Of a stretch of DNA of 63,947 nt, positions 49,501 through 63,334 are shown one piece after another. The DNA is taken from positions 124,054-188,000 of the forward strand of contig JAAOMT010000176.1 of NCBI GenBank assembly GCA_016748015.1. Direction: 5' to 3'. The notes under the pieces are model-generated. The model was not told the DNA's origin. It worked only from the letters and a program-made list of their open reading frames with translations, and searched no databases. The stretch is from Geosiphon pyriformis uo1 (Eukaryota; Fungi; Glomeromycota). Numbering within the stretch: position 1 is the stretch's first letter; every line of letters begins with the position of its first letter. Made by a program: the position numbers and the translations under genes.

Positions 49501-52500
49501 CTTACAAATTGTTGGTAATCCTACAATTCTGTCGAGGTCCCTTATTTGAAAATTCAGAATCACGTGCTACGTTGCTGAGACGTGTTGTAGAATGGGTCAA
49601 AGATCATATGGGAAAATGGGAAAAAACGGGCAGTGATAATGAAGCATCGGCACGTTTGCAGTGGCAAGATGGTCTGAGACTTTGTGTCGCTATAATTGGA
49701 GTGACATTAGAGAGTTTACAGGGATCAATTGATCAGGCAGAAGATGAAGCAGCTAAAGAAACGGAGATTGAAAATGTCAGTTTGATTCTTCCCTTATTGA
49801 TGAAGCTATGTGAATCCTATAAAGAGCTGCAATACACTGATTGCATTGAAATGCAAAGAGCGCCACGTGAGAGGACTGCTTCAAGTGGTGCGTTACTTCA
49901 ATCAGCATTTCTAATGAATTCTGGTGTCCCATCCACGCCGACGACTATGACATCAAACCGATTTTCCAAGGAGTTTTCTTTAAATTTGGGGTCTGCCTTA
50001 GCCACGGCTTTGGGTGAAATTTCCGCGGTTATATTGCAAATATTTTTTTTAATCTCTCAACAACAAATGAAGGAACATTTACTCTCTCACTACTACAAGG
50101 AAGGACATGATTCAATGGCTGAATTCCTAGTTGTCATGTTTCAGGTTTCAAAATCTATTTTGTGGAATGAAGCATTTCCTGAATCTTGGTTGAATATGAA
50201 TATTATGGCACATAAGGTTCTATTAAAATTCCTTGAACCAGTCTCTTCGCTTCTTGAAAAGAATTTTATTCCGATGAGGGATTCCTCAGAAACATTCCAT
50301 GAGAAATTATGGCGGGAATATTTCAGTTGTCTGGTCACATTACTAACAAGTAAACATTTAGTCATTGAAAATTTTACACCTCAAAAACGGCGTGCTGTCT
50401 GGCGATTAGCTGGTGATATTCGTGGGAGAGGAGCTCGACTGTTAGCTAGATTATGGGACGCAATGGGCTGGGAACATGGGAAAGAAGGAAAGACTGGGGG
50501 ATATCAAGTACGATACATTGATACGTTATTAGGACCAGTCTTGGAATTGTGCTTGTCACATCATGATGAATTACGTTCATCCGCAATCCGGGTATTGTTT
50601 AGCATGATAGTGACGCAATATTCCATTGATCCAAATTTCAAACAAATGGAATCTGATATTATTGATACCTTAGATCGATTGTTTATGTCGGAGAAAAAGG
50701 GAGATGAAATTTCCCGGGCATATTTCATTGCGCATCTCAAAAGACTTTTCGAGAATGAGAAAAAAATTGATAATCATTTTCGAGAAACTGTTACCAATTT
50801 CTTGGATTCTCTCAGTCAATTTTTAGAATTATTACTCGGAGTAAGAGAATTGCCCGAAGGCGAAGAGTACCAAGATGATCGTATCATGTGCACCTTGAAA
50901 TTGATGAAATTTATCAAATCAATTGACCGCAATGAGATTTACGTGAAATACGTTCATCAACTTGTTCACATGCAATTAAATGGTCATAACTTTGTTGAGG
51001 CTGGCTTGACCTTGAAGCTCCATGCTGATTTGTTTGAATGGGATCCTAACAGTGAGCTTCAAGCAATTCCTGAGCTTGACCTACCGAAACAGTCACCTTT
51101 TGCCCGAAAAGAAAGGTTGTATATTCAAATATTGGACTATTTTGTTAAAGGTCGAGCATGGGAATGCGGAATTGAAATTTGCAAAGAACTTGCTCGACAT
51201 CTGGAGTACACTATCTATGATTATCCACGGCTTTCTGAAATCCTCAAGCAACAAGCGGTTCTCTTTGAAAACATCATTAAAAAAGAGCGATACTTTAGTG
51301 AATATTTTCGTGTTGGATTTTATGGTAGAGGGTTTCCAGCAAGTTTACAAAATCGTCAGTTCATCTACCGAGGTTATGAATGGGAAAGAATTAGCACGTT
51401 TTGTGAAAGAATGCAAAACAAACATCCACAAGCTCAACTCTTAAAAACCAATAGCCCGCCTACCGATGATATTTTATACGATGATGGACAATATTTGCAA
51501 GTAACCGCAGTCACACCCGAACCCGACCAAAACAATCCGATTTTGAAGGCCGACATACCGAGTTCCATTCGCGGGTATTATGAACACAATTCGGTCAATA
51601 CTTTCAGCTTCTCGCGCCCAGTCAATAAAAACCCAGATGGTATAAGATCCTCAAATGAATTTTTGGATTTATGGACCGAGAAAACTATTCTCGTATCCGA
51701 GGAAACCTTCCCAACTGTACTCCGGCGTTCTGAAGTGATTGAAGTTACGATGATTGAAGTTTCCCCAATCGAGAATGCACTGGCTGCAATGAAAGCCAAA
51801 AGTAGAGAATTATTAGCGCTTGAGACCAAGTATGGTTCTTTATTGAAAACTCCTTCATCTCCTACCGTTAATAAAATAAACACCAATCCCTTGTCGATGT
51901 CTTTGAATGGGGCTGTGGATGCGCCAGTTAATGGGGGTTTACCAATGTATAAAAAAGCTTTCTTTGGTACTGATTTCTTGGCTGCTAATCCTGATAAGGA
52001 GCACCTAATCCAACGTCTAAAAGAAGCTATTGATGAACAGGTTATTATTAATTTAATTTAATTTTCGTATGTTATGTTATGAAGCTGACTTGGCTAATAT
52101 CAAACTTTGGAACATTTTAGGTGGACATTATTGACCGATGTTTAGAATTACATGATCGTTTAGTGTCTTTAGATATGCGCCCATTACATGAAACATTAGT
52201 AGAATGTACGTACTTTTCATTTCAGACTTTCCAAGTATTGTATTTTTAATATTCATAAAATTTCACTTTCCATTTTTTAGTCTTTAAGAAAATTTTCGCA
52301 GACGAAATAAGCCGCCTGTCTGAACGCAAGAAAGCCAAAGCTAAACAACTACAACTACCGAAAATAATAATTCCTACACGAGTAATGGATACATCACTTA
52401 CCAGACCTACATCACCTTTCTTCCTTCCGCCATTAACCATTTCCAATACTTTCCGCATACCTTCATTCTACGCGATGACACCATTAACGAATGAACCAAT

Positions 52501-52873
52501 ATCACCCGTGTCACCATCTTCGAGTGCAACAATGATATCTCGAGTAGCCGCTGCAAACTTTCAAACATCACGCCCTTCAATTATCACTCAAGGACTACAA
52601 AATAACACCTTTATCAATGGTATCAATCAGACCAGCTCACCTATCGGTAACAACAGCAATAATAATCGAACTTCTGGTGGCTCATCTGGATCTTCAGATG
52701 TAATTCAGATTGACCCACCTTCAAGTCCTAATGGTGACACAATATGTGATATCCCTATAATAGAAAGAAAGGGTTCTATACTGAAAGAAAGAAAAGGATC
52801 TCTAGCTTTTGGTGATCGACGTATGAACATCAAGAAATGGTCCTTGAATAGAAGCCGAAGTACAACACATTAA
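46515..52873 (+). CDS. DOCK-family (DOCK1-5/Dck1-like) Rac guanine nucleotide exchange factor
   Basis: N-terminal SH3 (LEVGDEVY...WYRG...GIFP), C2/DHR-1, DHR-2 (YFRVGFYGRGFP...GAVDAPVNGG); exons 46515-52040, 52121-52205, 52281-52873. Confidence 0.95.
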
Positions 52874-52978
52874 GTCCCTGGGTATGTAAAATAAGGAGTG
52901 CAAAGAAGGCATGAATCCCGCAATGGACGATTAAAATTTTTTGGATAAAATTCAGCTTTTTAGATAGAGGGTTAGAAC

Positions 52979-53023
<45 letters not shown>
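52979..53023 (+). repeat. (CAT)15 microsatellite in the DOCK 3' UTR region
   Basis: Perfect trinucleotide run. Confidence 0.95.
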
Positions 53024-53774
53024 TTTCACACCATCAACATATAAAATCCACACTTTTTCTTGATAATGAGTAACTTTTCAAACCTTTCTTGACTTTTGCA
53101 TACAACCGCACATATTATCCCTTCTCTTATACATACATATATACACACATATATATACACACAATACATTTATTACATAAAATGTGATGATGAATTCTAC
53201 TTTAATGTTAAGAATTCTTTGTATTAATATCTTTCAATCTGGTATTTGCTTGTTTTGTAAAAAGGCTTTAATAAAATAAATTACATGAATTCTATTTGTA
53301 TACTGATATGTTTTGATTAGGAAAATGAAGAATTTAGTTAAATGAAAATTTCGAATTTAGGTAAAAAGATCTTTTCTTGGTTTGATTTTCGAACTTGAAT
53401 AAATTGATCAGTGCAAAATACAAACATTAAATGTTTGTTTTAAGGAGACATTTAATGTTTTTGATCATAAAATCTGTAACAATTAGACTGAAGCTTAAAT
53501 TTTAATTCAAAAAACCGAGATGAGTCGGTGAATGGCAGTGTTGAGTGAATTAGTATTGTTTTAAAGGATGCCGTTCAGATAAGGATACATGAACTTTATT
53601 AGTCTAGATAATTATTACATTCTAATCAACGCAGCCCGCAATATTTCATAGAACCTGAGTCATAATTCATTGGTGCACTTTGTGCACAGTGCACGCACGG
53701 TTATATAGCCACATAAACTTGTTTTGTTGGCAGTTTAAGCCTTCTGGAGTGTTGAAAGTAGAATTCTCTAAAGT

Positions 53775-55224
53775 ATGGAAAATTCTAAAGCTGAACTTGA
53801 ACAAGAAGTTGCCAGCGAAATCAAGGAAGCCGATGAAGACGAGCCTATGCGAGACTTAGCAATGGAAGACCGCATTGAGGAAAATCCCACAGATAGTAAG
53901 TTATTATGAAATTATCTTTACACTTCGCAGGGGATTGACGCAAAAGTTGAAAAAGGGGGAGATGGAAGTTTGAAGAAAATGTGAGCAAAAACAGAAAGAG
54001 AAGTCTAATGAAAATAGTTAGTATTGCGCTGTTTTAACAGTTGCAAGGAAACTTTTGTTTTATTTGATTTCATTTTCTGTCATATTTCTCTATAGCAGAA
54101 AGTCAACCGCTCATGGAACTCAAGTCTGCACCAAGAAAAAAAGGCCATACTTCAACCAAAGTAAATCTGGCACAGGATATAAACGAAAAGTACCTAAGAA
54201 TTGAGACAGAACTCAACGCAAATAAGGAAAAGTAAATACTAAATTAGAGGATAATCTGGATATTTACAATTTGAATTTAAAAAAATTCAACTTTTATAGA
54301 TTATATGCTGAATATATGAACGATATAATGAATGAGATGAAAGGAATCCAAGATGGTATAAAATCAAATCCTAATTTCATTTCAACTCATTTGTCACATT
54401 ATGGCTTAAAAATCCTTTATTTATTAAGGTACAAGTCCAGAATATGAGGAAAGATTGCAAATGTTAATGGAAGAACGAGAATATACAATAAATCAAGCAA
54501 ATGCTTATCGTAAATATCTGCTTGAAGTGTCGGAAAGGATTTACAATGAAGAAATAGAACAGGCAGATGAATATTATAAGGTATACATCAATGCTTATTA
54601 AAAAGTATCATATAATGTAAATGTAAATAACCTTTTATTAAAAGCAAGAACGAGATGAACTCAAAGAGAAGCTATTAGCTGATGTTGAGGAGCGAAAAAA
54701 AAGATTAAAGGAGGAACAGGCAAACTACGATTTGCTACATGGTACTTACATTTTTTTCTTAATTCCATCTAAATGTCCTAATTAACACATTATCTCTCAT
54801 GTTTGAATATAGATGCCGCGTTGGAAGCTAGTACCAGACAAAATTCCCGCAAATTGCGTGAACGAATAGGCATCAAGGAGATTGAGCCTAAACCAAAGCG
54901 CCCAAAAACGACCGTAACTGATATCCTCTACAATATCAAAAAAAGAATCTGTTATTTGACACATTTATACCATTGATACATGATAATGATTTCTTGACCT
55001 CTAATCCATATTATATCTACGTCCCACTCCTACCACGAGGATATCAGAAAGTGAAGGCAGGAAAGAAATTGCAGAAATGCAGGAGGTAATTATAAATATA
55101 ATCCTTAATAATAACTATCATATTTGATAAATTTACATCCACTTGCTTTAATCGCTGCTCACAGGACCCATTTAATTCATCCAAAAAGTCTTCTGCTGGA
55201 TACAAGAAAAAGAACCTAACATGA
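53775..55224 (+). CDS. Sds3/BRMS1-like Sin3-HDAC complex subunit (8 exons)
   Basis: Spliced product ...IETELNANKEKLYAEY...GIQDGTSPEYEERL...QERDELKEKLLADVEERKKRLKEE...RKLR...VTG|PTP; not in the ORF track because exons are short. Confidence 0.8.
54921..55020 (+). other. U12-type (minor spliceosome) AT-AC intron
   Basis: 5'ss ATATCCTC, branch TTCTTGAC (54991-54998), 3' end CTAC; phase-1 splice restores an open frame. Confidence 0.85.
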
Positions 55225-55797
55225 AAACGCTGATGAATAGTTTTCAACTTGAAGGCTCTTGATCTAGAAATATTGATTTTCAATTTGTTTCTTTGTAAAT
55301 TTGATTTGATACTAGAATTTTTTTTAGAAGAGGAATCCAGGCTAAATGTTCATAGTGTAATATAGCGAATTCTTTTCATTGATCAAATATAAATTAGAAT
55401 TTTTAAATTCCAAGATGAGAATGGAATATCGAAATATGTTTTTAGAAATGTTAAAATTCTGATATTGACTAATCTTTAAAGTTAATAAGGAGATGTTGGC
55501 ATGTGTTGACAGCTAGTGAGGGAACATGGCTTTGAGAATTTGGGGTTTCTCAAAATCCCGAAGCTCGATTTCTAGGCCTACCAATTATATTATTTACTTA
55601 AAATGGTGTATGCTTAAAACACGTAAAATTTCGGTATTATTTACAATAAATAGATTAATTTAATAGAGTAATTAATGTGAAATATATAATGTTAAATGCT
55701 TTGAATCGATCAATCATATCAGATAACAAAAATGATTCATTCCACGTAATGTTCGTGCTTAAAATAAATTCAGACCTGTCTCATTTTATAACTCGAT

Positions 55798-58700
55798 ATG
55801 GCGTCAAACATTTTGAAACCAGCCGCTGTTGGTGCTGGCGAAGAGCCTAAGAAGACAGTTAAACGAGATGCACTCATTTCCGCTGAATTAAAAATACAAA
55901 AGGAATGGGAGGAGGGTCACGTATTTGAAGTAAACGCACCCACTTTTGCCGAAGTGCCAGAGGAAGTAGCACCAGAGTTACTCCAGGATAAATATCCCAA
56001 ATTTATAGGGACTTTTCCTTATCCTTATATGAATGGACGTTTACATTTAGGTCACTTTTTTACTATAACTAAAGTAGAATTTGCTATTGGATATGCGAGG
56101 CTAAAGGGCAAACGAGCTTTGTTCCCTATGGGCTTTCATTGCACGGGCATGCCGATAAAGGTGACTCTTAGTATTTAAATCACTTTAATAATGATCATTT
56201 TAATCCATACGGTTTTGATCCTTCACTGATTCCAGGCTTGTGCTGATAAGTTATCCCGTGAACTTGAACAATTCGGTCCACATTTTCAAATCCCCATTGA
56301 AAATACTATAGAAGAATTAGCTTTAGATGAGAAAAATAAACCAGTTGCCGAATCAATAGATCCAGCTGCAGCTAAAGCCATAAGCAAAAAGGGAAAAATA
56401 GCCGCGAAATCGACTGGCCAGAAGTATCAATTTCAGATAATGCGTAGTTCTGGGGTGCCCGAAGATCAAATTGCTGAATTTGCTGACGCAAACCATTGGT
56501 TGTCGTATTTCCCACCTTTGGCAATTGTTGGTGGCTTTTTTCGTATATATTTTTGATTTAATTTCAATCTTGATTTAGGCTAAATTATTTTAATAATAGA
56601 AAGATTGTAAATCCATTGGAGCCAAAATCGATTGGCGTCGATCCTTTATAACCACCGATTCTAATCCTTATTATGACTCTTTTGTTTGCTGGCAAATGAG
56701 AAAATTAAAATCTTTAGATAAAGTCAAATTTGGCAAACGACACACTATTTATTCCCCCTTGGATGATCAACCTTGCATGGATCATGATCGACAAAGTGGT
56801 GAAGGCGTTGGGCCACAAGAGTATACTGGTATTAAATTAAAGGTTTTAAAATGGGGTGATAAGGCTAAGGAAATTTTGGTCGGTCTTGAAAACAAATTAG
56901 ATGGCAAATCGGTTTTTCTGGTAGCTGCCACTCTTAGGCCTGAAACCATGTAAAGAATCCTCCAATCTTTGATTTGAATTCAATTTGAATACATATACTT
57001 ACTCATAATTTATTAAAAAAAAAAGGTATGGGCAAACAAACTGTTTTGTCGGAACCGACATAAATTATGGCCTTTTCAAAATCAACGAGACGGATGTCTA
57101 TGTGTGTACTTATCGTGCTGCCCGAAATATGGCATTTCAGGGATATTCTAGTCAAAGGGGGGTGGTCACTCAATTAGGTGAAATCAAAGGTGCTGCTTTG
57201 ATTGGTACACAAGTGAAAGCGCCATTAAGCAAATATGATCAAGTATACGTTCTTCCGATGGAAAATGTACTCCCAAACAAAGGGACTGGTGTTGTCACCT
57301 CTGTTCCTTCCGATTCACCAGATGACTATGCCGCTCTTCAGGATCTGATTAAGAAGCCAGCTTATTATAAAATTGACCCTCATTGGGCTTCATTTGAACC
57401 TATCCCAATCATTCAAACATCAATATATGGTGACCTTGGTGCGCCAACTTTGTGTCAACAGAAAAAGATTAATTCCCAAAAGGATCGTATACAATTGGCC
57501 GAAGCAAAAGAACTTCTTTACAAAGAGGGATTTTACAATGGTGTTATGCTTGTTGGTGATTTCAAGGGGCGCCCAGTTCAGGAAGCCAAGCCTTTGATCA
57601 AGGATTTGTTGATATCACAAGAAGAAGGGTTTGTCTATTTCGAACCTGAAAATCTTGTAATGTCAAGGTCTGGTGATGAGTGTGTTGTGGCTTTATGTGA
57701 CCAATGGTATTTGGATTATGGTGAAGAGGAGTGGCGGGCCCAAGCTGAAAAATGCGTAAGCCAAATGAACTTGTTCTGCCCAGAGACCAAACATCAATTT
57801 GAACAGACTTTAGCCTGGTTGAATAAATGGGCATGTGCTAGGTCTTATGGTCTTGGTAGTAGGTTACCTTGGGATAAGCAATATCTGGTGGAAAGTCTAT
57901 CTGACTCAACCATCTATATGGCCTATTATACCGTGGCTCATTTATTACATGGTAAAGCAATTCTACATGAAATGTGATGGGCTCCATACTTTGAATTTAT
58001 TGAATATGAATTTTCATAGGTGGCAGTCTTGATGGTTCCAAACCAGGACTGTTAGGTATTCAAGCATCAGAGCTAAATGATCAAGTATGGGATTATATCT
58101 TTGCAGATGCTCCTTATTCTCCTAACATAACAATACCAAAAGAAAACTTGGACATCATGAAACGGGAATTTAAATATTTTTACCCTTTGGACCTTCGCGT
58201 TTCAGGAAAAGATTTGATACCCAATCACTTGACCTTTTTTATTTATAATCACGTCGCTTTATTCCCAGAGAATTTGTGGCCACTTGGTATTCGAGCTAAT
58301 GGGCACTTGCAATTAAACCGGGAAAAGATGAGTAAGAGTACCGGTAACTTTTTGACTGGGGCTGATTGCGTAGAAAAATATGGAGCAGATGCCACTAGGG
58401 TTACCCTCGCTGATGCAGGAGATGCCATTGAAGATGCAAATTTTGAAGAGGCAACAGCCAACGCTGCAATCCTTAGATTATATACTCTAAGGGAATGGTG
58501 TGAGGTAAATAAATCTCTTTCGAGTGTTTATTGGTGCCTCTAATCAATGCTATGTCAATCATTTTCTTATATAGGAACAGGTCAAGAATAAAGGCACACT
58601 ACGCACTGGGTCATCCGAAGGTTTTCATGATCGTGTATTTATAAACGAAGTCAATCAATTAATACAACTAACAGAAAAAGCATACGAGGAGTGAGTTTGC

Positions 58701-59680
58701 TATCGTTTTATACTTCCTTTCGTTAAGATCTCTAAAACTTTCACTCTATTCTAAAAAGCGCATTATATCGGGATGCCCTCAAATATGGATTTTATGAATT
58801 GCAGTCTGCTCGTGATTGGTATCGTGAAGTGACCACCGAGGAGCTCATGCATCATGATTTGATTATATGGTGGATAGAAGTGCAGGCATTGCTACTTTCA
58901 CCAATAGCACCACATTGGGCAGAATATATATGGCAAAATGTTCTCGGAAAGGTAAGCTTTTATATTTGTTTTTGAACACAGTTGACATTGAGTACATTCA
59001 TCGCATTTACTTTGCTATTTTTCTTAATTCAAAGCCTGGGCTTATCGTTAATGCCTCCTTCCCTAAACCTACTACACCTCTTGATGAAAGTCTGTTGGAA
59101 GCTGCTGAATATGTGCGCAAAATGGTTAAATCTGTACGAGATCTTGAGGTGGCTTCGCAAAAGAAGAAAAAAAAGGGCAAGACTGAGGAGTTTGACCCCA
59201 CAAAACCAAAACATTTGAAGTTATTTGTCGCCACCCGTTTCCCTGAATGGCAAGATGTTGCTGTAGAGGCATTGAAACACAATTACAATGAGGTTAGGTT
59301 TTTTACAGGATTCTCTTATAACTCTTTTTTATTAATTGTTTTTTCTTGGTCTTATGCAATAGGAAAACAAAGTGTTTGATGACGTCAAGGTTCGAGCCAT
59401 ACTTGCAGAAAAAGGAATTCTAAAAAACAAAAAAACCATGCCTTTTGTACAGGAATTTAAGAAACGCGTCGAAAAGTTCGGAAAATTAGCATTTAATCGT
59501 GCCCTTTTGTTCAATGAACATGAAACTTTAACAATTACCAAGGAGTTCTTCAAACGTAGTCTTGGATATGAAAAATTAGACGTGCTGAGAACGGATGAAG
59601 CGACTGGTGAAGATGAACAGAGGGCGATGGAATTAGCAGTACCGGGGGAACCGGGTGTCGTTTTTAAAAATATTGTGTAA
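55798..59680 (+). CDS. CDC60: Cytosolic leucyl-tRNA synthetase (about 9 exons)
   Basis: [14 protein letters not shown] (HIGH), CP1 editing domain [20 protein letters not shown]; GT-AG introns. Confidence 0.96.
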
Positions 59681-59838
59681 ATTTCTCTCGTAACGAGGAG
59701 TATAATTAATTTTATTAATTTATTCGAAACTTAGAATTGAATTTTCGTGGTAATATTTCGATTTTCTTTTAATACTCTTTGAAAGGTACCAAATTGGAAT
59801 TTGAAAGTTAAATAATATTGAGATAATTTGTTCTATTT

Positions 59839-60510
59839 TCATCGTGAACTTGTTGCCTCCTGTTTCAAAATTTCTTCAGCGACTGAGTGTTGCATCAATT
59901 CTCCAAGTGATTTTTCCAGCGAATCTATCCGTGTGCTCATGTCATCCACTAATAATAATATTTGTGTTCGTAGGGTTATTGATGTTAAATGGAAAAACGA
60001 TGACGAAAATGACTTACTTTTAGAAGTGAGCCGCGAGGACAGATCTTCAAACTTTTCTTGCTGATAAAAAAGAAACAATAAATACACCGTGCTTGATTCA
60101 AAATATTTGCAGAGTTCCATATATTAATAAAGTTATTTGTTTACCAATTGTTGAATTATCGTCTCAACCTAATAGACCAATCAATTCATTTTCAAAAAAT
60201 GATAACGTATATTTTTTTAGTTTTTCAGAGAGCAAAAGCCCAGTAGACAAAAAAGCAATTCCATATAACTTACAAAGGCGGTTAGTTCTAATGGAGACTG
60301 TATATCGTCAAGAACACTGCTCCCAACAGCACCACTACTACTGACCGAAACAGCGTCAAGTTTTGGGGAAGTTGCTTCGGCGATAAGCAAGTTTGAGGAG
60401 GATGCCGAAAGGGTGGGTGAGAGTGGTGGTGGTGGTGGTGGTGGTGGAGGCGGGAGCGGGGGAGCTGGCGGCACTGAAGAGGAAGGCTCTGGCAAGGTTG
60501 GTGAAGACAT
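59839..60510 (-). CDS. HSBP1: Heat shock factor-binding protein 1 with a Pro/Ser-rich N-terminal extension (4 exons)
   Basis: Spliced ELTAF|VETIIQQL|QEKFEDLSSRLTSK|MDDMSTRIDSLEKSLGELM matches the HSBP1 coiled coil. Confidence 0.85.
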
Positions 60511-61509
60511 AATAGGGTTTAGCTGCCCGATTTGAATATTTGCAGCACTGATAAAATTATTAATTGAGATAGTCCATATGCGCGTGACGTTACTATGATT
60601 CTCTTGATAGTGTATGGCCTATTTTCTACACGTATATTCAATAATTAATAAAAAAATTTGGTTTATTTATTTATTTTTTTAAATATTAAAATTTTCTAAC
60701 AGTTAAGTAGGTAGCAAGATATTGACTTTGAAACTATAAAATTTTTAAAAATAACTTTTAAAAAAAGTATGCTTGCGACTTGGAATTGTAATCCAAATCA
60801 CAGAATTTTAAACAGTAGCAAAAATGTAATTATATCTTAAATAATAAAAAACTAATTATATTTTAAAGCTTAATTTAATTTTAACACAAAATTTATTGGT
60901 AATTAATTTAATAATAAAATATAATAACAAATTATGTTATACAATACAAATTATAAATATTTTAAAAATAAAAATAATTTTTTGATTAATTAGTTATAAA
61001 ACAATTTTTAAAATTATTTTATTATTTATATTTATTAAAATTATTTTATTAATTATTTATTAAATTCAAAATTTTTTAAGAATAAATTATTATTGTTATT
61101 TTTTAATTATGCTTAAATTTTAATAGTAATTAATTAAAATAATTATAAATACAGAATATATACATATTAAATGTATTTAAATTATACTATATGTCTAAAC
61201 ACTAAAATTACAAATTTACAAATACAAAAAACTTAAATTAATTATAAATTTAAAAAAAAATTTTAATATTATTATTAATGCATTTTAAATATTATTAAAT
61301 TTTTTTATTGTTTTAACAAAATATAATTTTTTTAGTGTTTATTTTAGTTTTTATAAAATGTTTTAGATGGTTAATTACATATAAACCACTTTTACTACAT
61401 ATTATTTTTATTATATAAATATAAATAATAATTAAATTATACAAAATTAATATATAATTAATTATTTAAATTTAAGTTAATAATATTTTTATTTTATTAA
61501 AATAATTTT

Positions 61510-63080
61510 ATTTTATTTTATTATGTATTTAATAAGTATAGTCTAATTGCTATCTAGAAATTAGAAACAAACTAAGTATTTTAAGATTAAATACAATTTA
61601 TGTACTTTCTATATGTAATCAGTTACTTAAATTAATTTAAATTTTACTATATTAATATTTTAAAAAAAAACTTACTTAAAAAAAACATTCTTTAAACAAT
61701 CTTAAACAATATAATACTATTACTAATTAATTCAACCAGTTACTTAGACATCAGTCTTAATACTAATAAATTTATGTTTTTATAATAACATCAAATTAAA
61801 AAACATATTATTATTAACTACAGACAAACTTATATAAAAATCAGACATATTAATATTCTTATAATTACATTTAGTTTTTAAAGCAACTATCTTCTATTTC
61901 AACTTATCAACTGTTTTGCTAAAAGTATTCATATATATCAAAATCTTATTAATTTTAAAACTAAATATACTACTTAAAATTAAATTATTATTGATAAATT
62001 GTTTAAATACAATAACCAAAAAACCAACCAGCTTAATAATAAATTCAATTAGAACAGAAAGCTTGACCAAATTAGATTCCAAAAAAACTAACCAAAAAAA
62101 AACCACAAAAACATCAACTATTATATTAGCAAAAAAAACAGAACCAATTAGAAAACTAAAAACCAAAAAAAACACAAAAGCAACAATCTTGACATAAAAT
62201 TTAACATTAATAAAATTAAACACAAAAGTTTTAAAAGTTTTAAAAAAAAAATGAAACCATTTTATAATTAACAGCCAAATAATCTAAGTTTTAATATCTA
62301 AAACAGTATTAATATTTAGAAATTTCTTACCAAATACAATATTTTCTCAAAGTATTAATTTGAATAATAACAACATCCAAATTATTCTGTAAACTAAACA
62401 TAACTAAGACAAATTAAGAACAATAACCAAAATTAAGTAAATAAGAAATAAAACAAGTCTGGTCACTAACTTGAGAAATAATATTACTAATTTTATAAAC
62501 AGTATAACCAGAAAAAAAGTTAACCAACTTGGTTTTAAACTTATTACAAGACAGAATAATTTTATTTTGATTTATTAAAAAAAAATTCTAATACTATTCT
62601 TACTTAACAAAATTAATTAATGATTTAAAGCAAATATAATAGTATCTAAATTCTTAAAATAAACAACTACATATTGCCAAATACCAACAGACTTTAATAC
62701 AATACAAATAACTTCTTTAAATATACTAAATACTATTTTAATATTAGTAGCAAACATATTTAAAGACATATTATACAATATAATAGCAACAGAAAAAAAA
62801 CCAAACTCAAAAACCACCAAAAATTTGGCAATCTTAAAAGTGGTCAAACAAATAAAGCTTCTAAGTTCAATTAAAAATACAGTTTTTAAAAACTGTTAAG
62901 AAGCAAACTTTATACAAAAAAGCTTTATATTGTTTTTATAACTGATTTTACATCCAAAAAACCATATATAAACTAAAAAACAGATTTAACATAAGCCAAT
63001 TTAATCTTAAAAATAACACTAAGTATTAGAATAAAGGCCACTTATTTAGCAAATTTTTAACAATTAGTAATAATTTTCTA
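61510..63080 (-). mobile_element. Second AT-shifted ORF1-only LINE-related relic
   Basis: LKSVGIWQYVVVYF (RRM-like) and KLSVLIEFIIKLVGFLV, homologous to 38920-41200; same 3' tail. Confidence 0.6.
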
Positions 63081-63099
63081 AGTATTTAGGACTTTAATT

Positions 63100-63265
63100 A
63101 AACTAAACCAAACCAAACTTTGGGTGTTGTTCAAGTTCAGTTTAAATTATAAACCAAACTTAAACTAAACCAATTTTTTAAAGTAGATTTAGTTCAAATT
63201 TAACATTAAATTTTTTTGACAAGTCTAAGTTTGGTTTGAAGTTTATAAACTTGTTTAAGTTTAAT
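63100..63265. repeat. Cluster of AAAC(C/T)/GTTT short motifs in both orientations, possible DNA-transposon subterminal relic
   Basis: aaactaaaccaaaccaaact ... aagtttggtttgaagttt. Confidence 0.3.
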
Positions 63266-63334
63266 GAAATTAAAAAAAATATAACTTGTACTATTTGTTC
63301 ATCAATTATTATTTTGTTTAATTACTATAATCAG

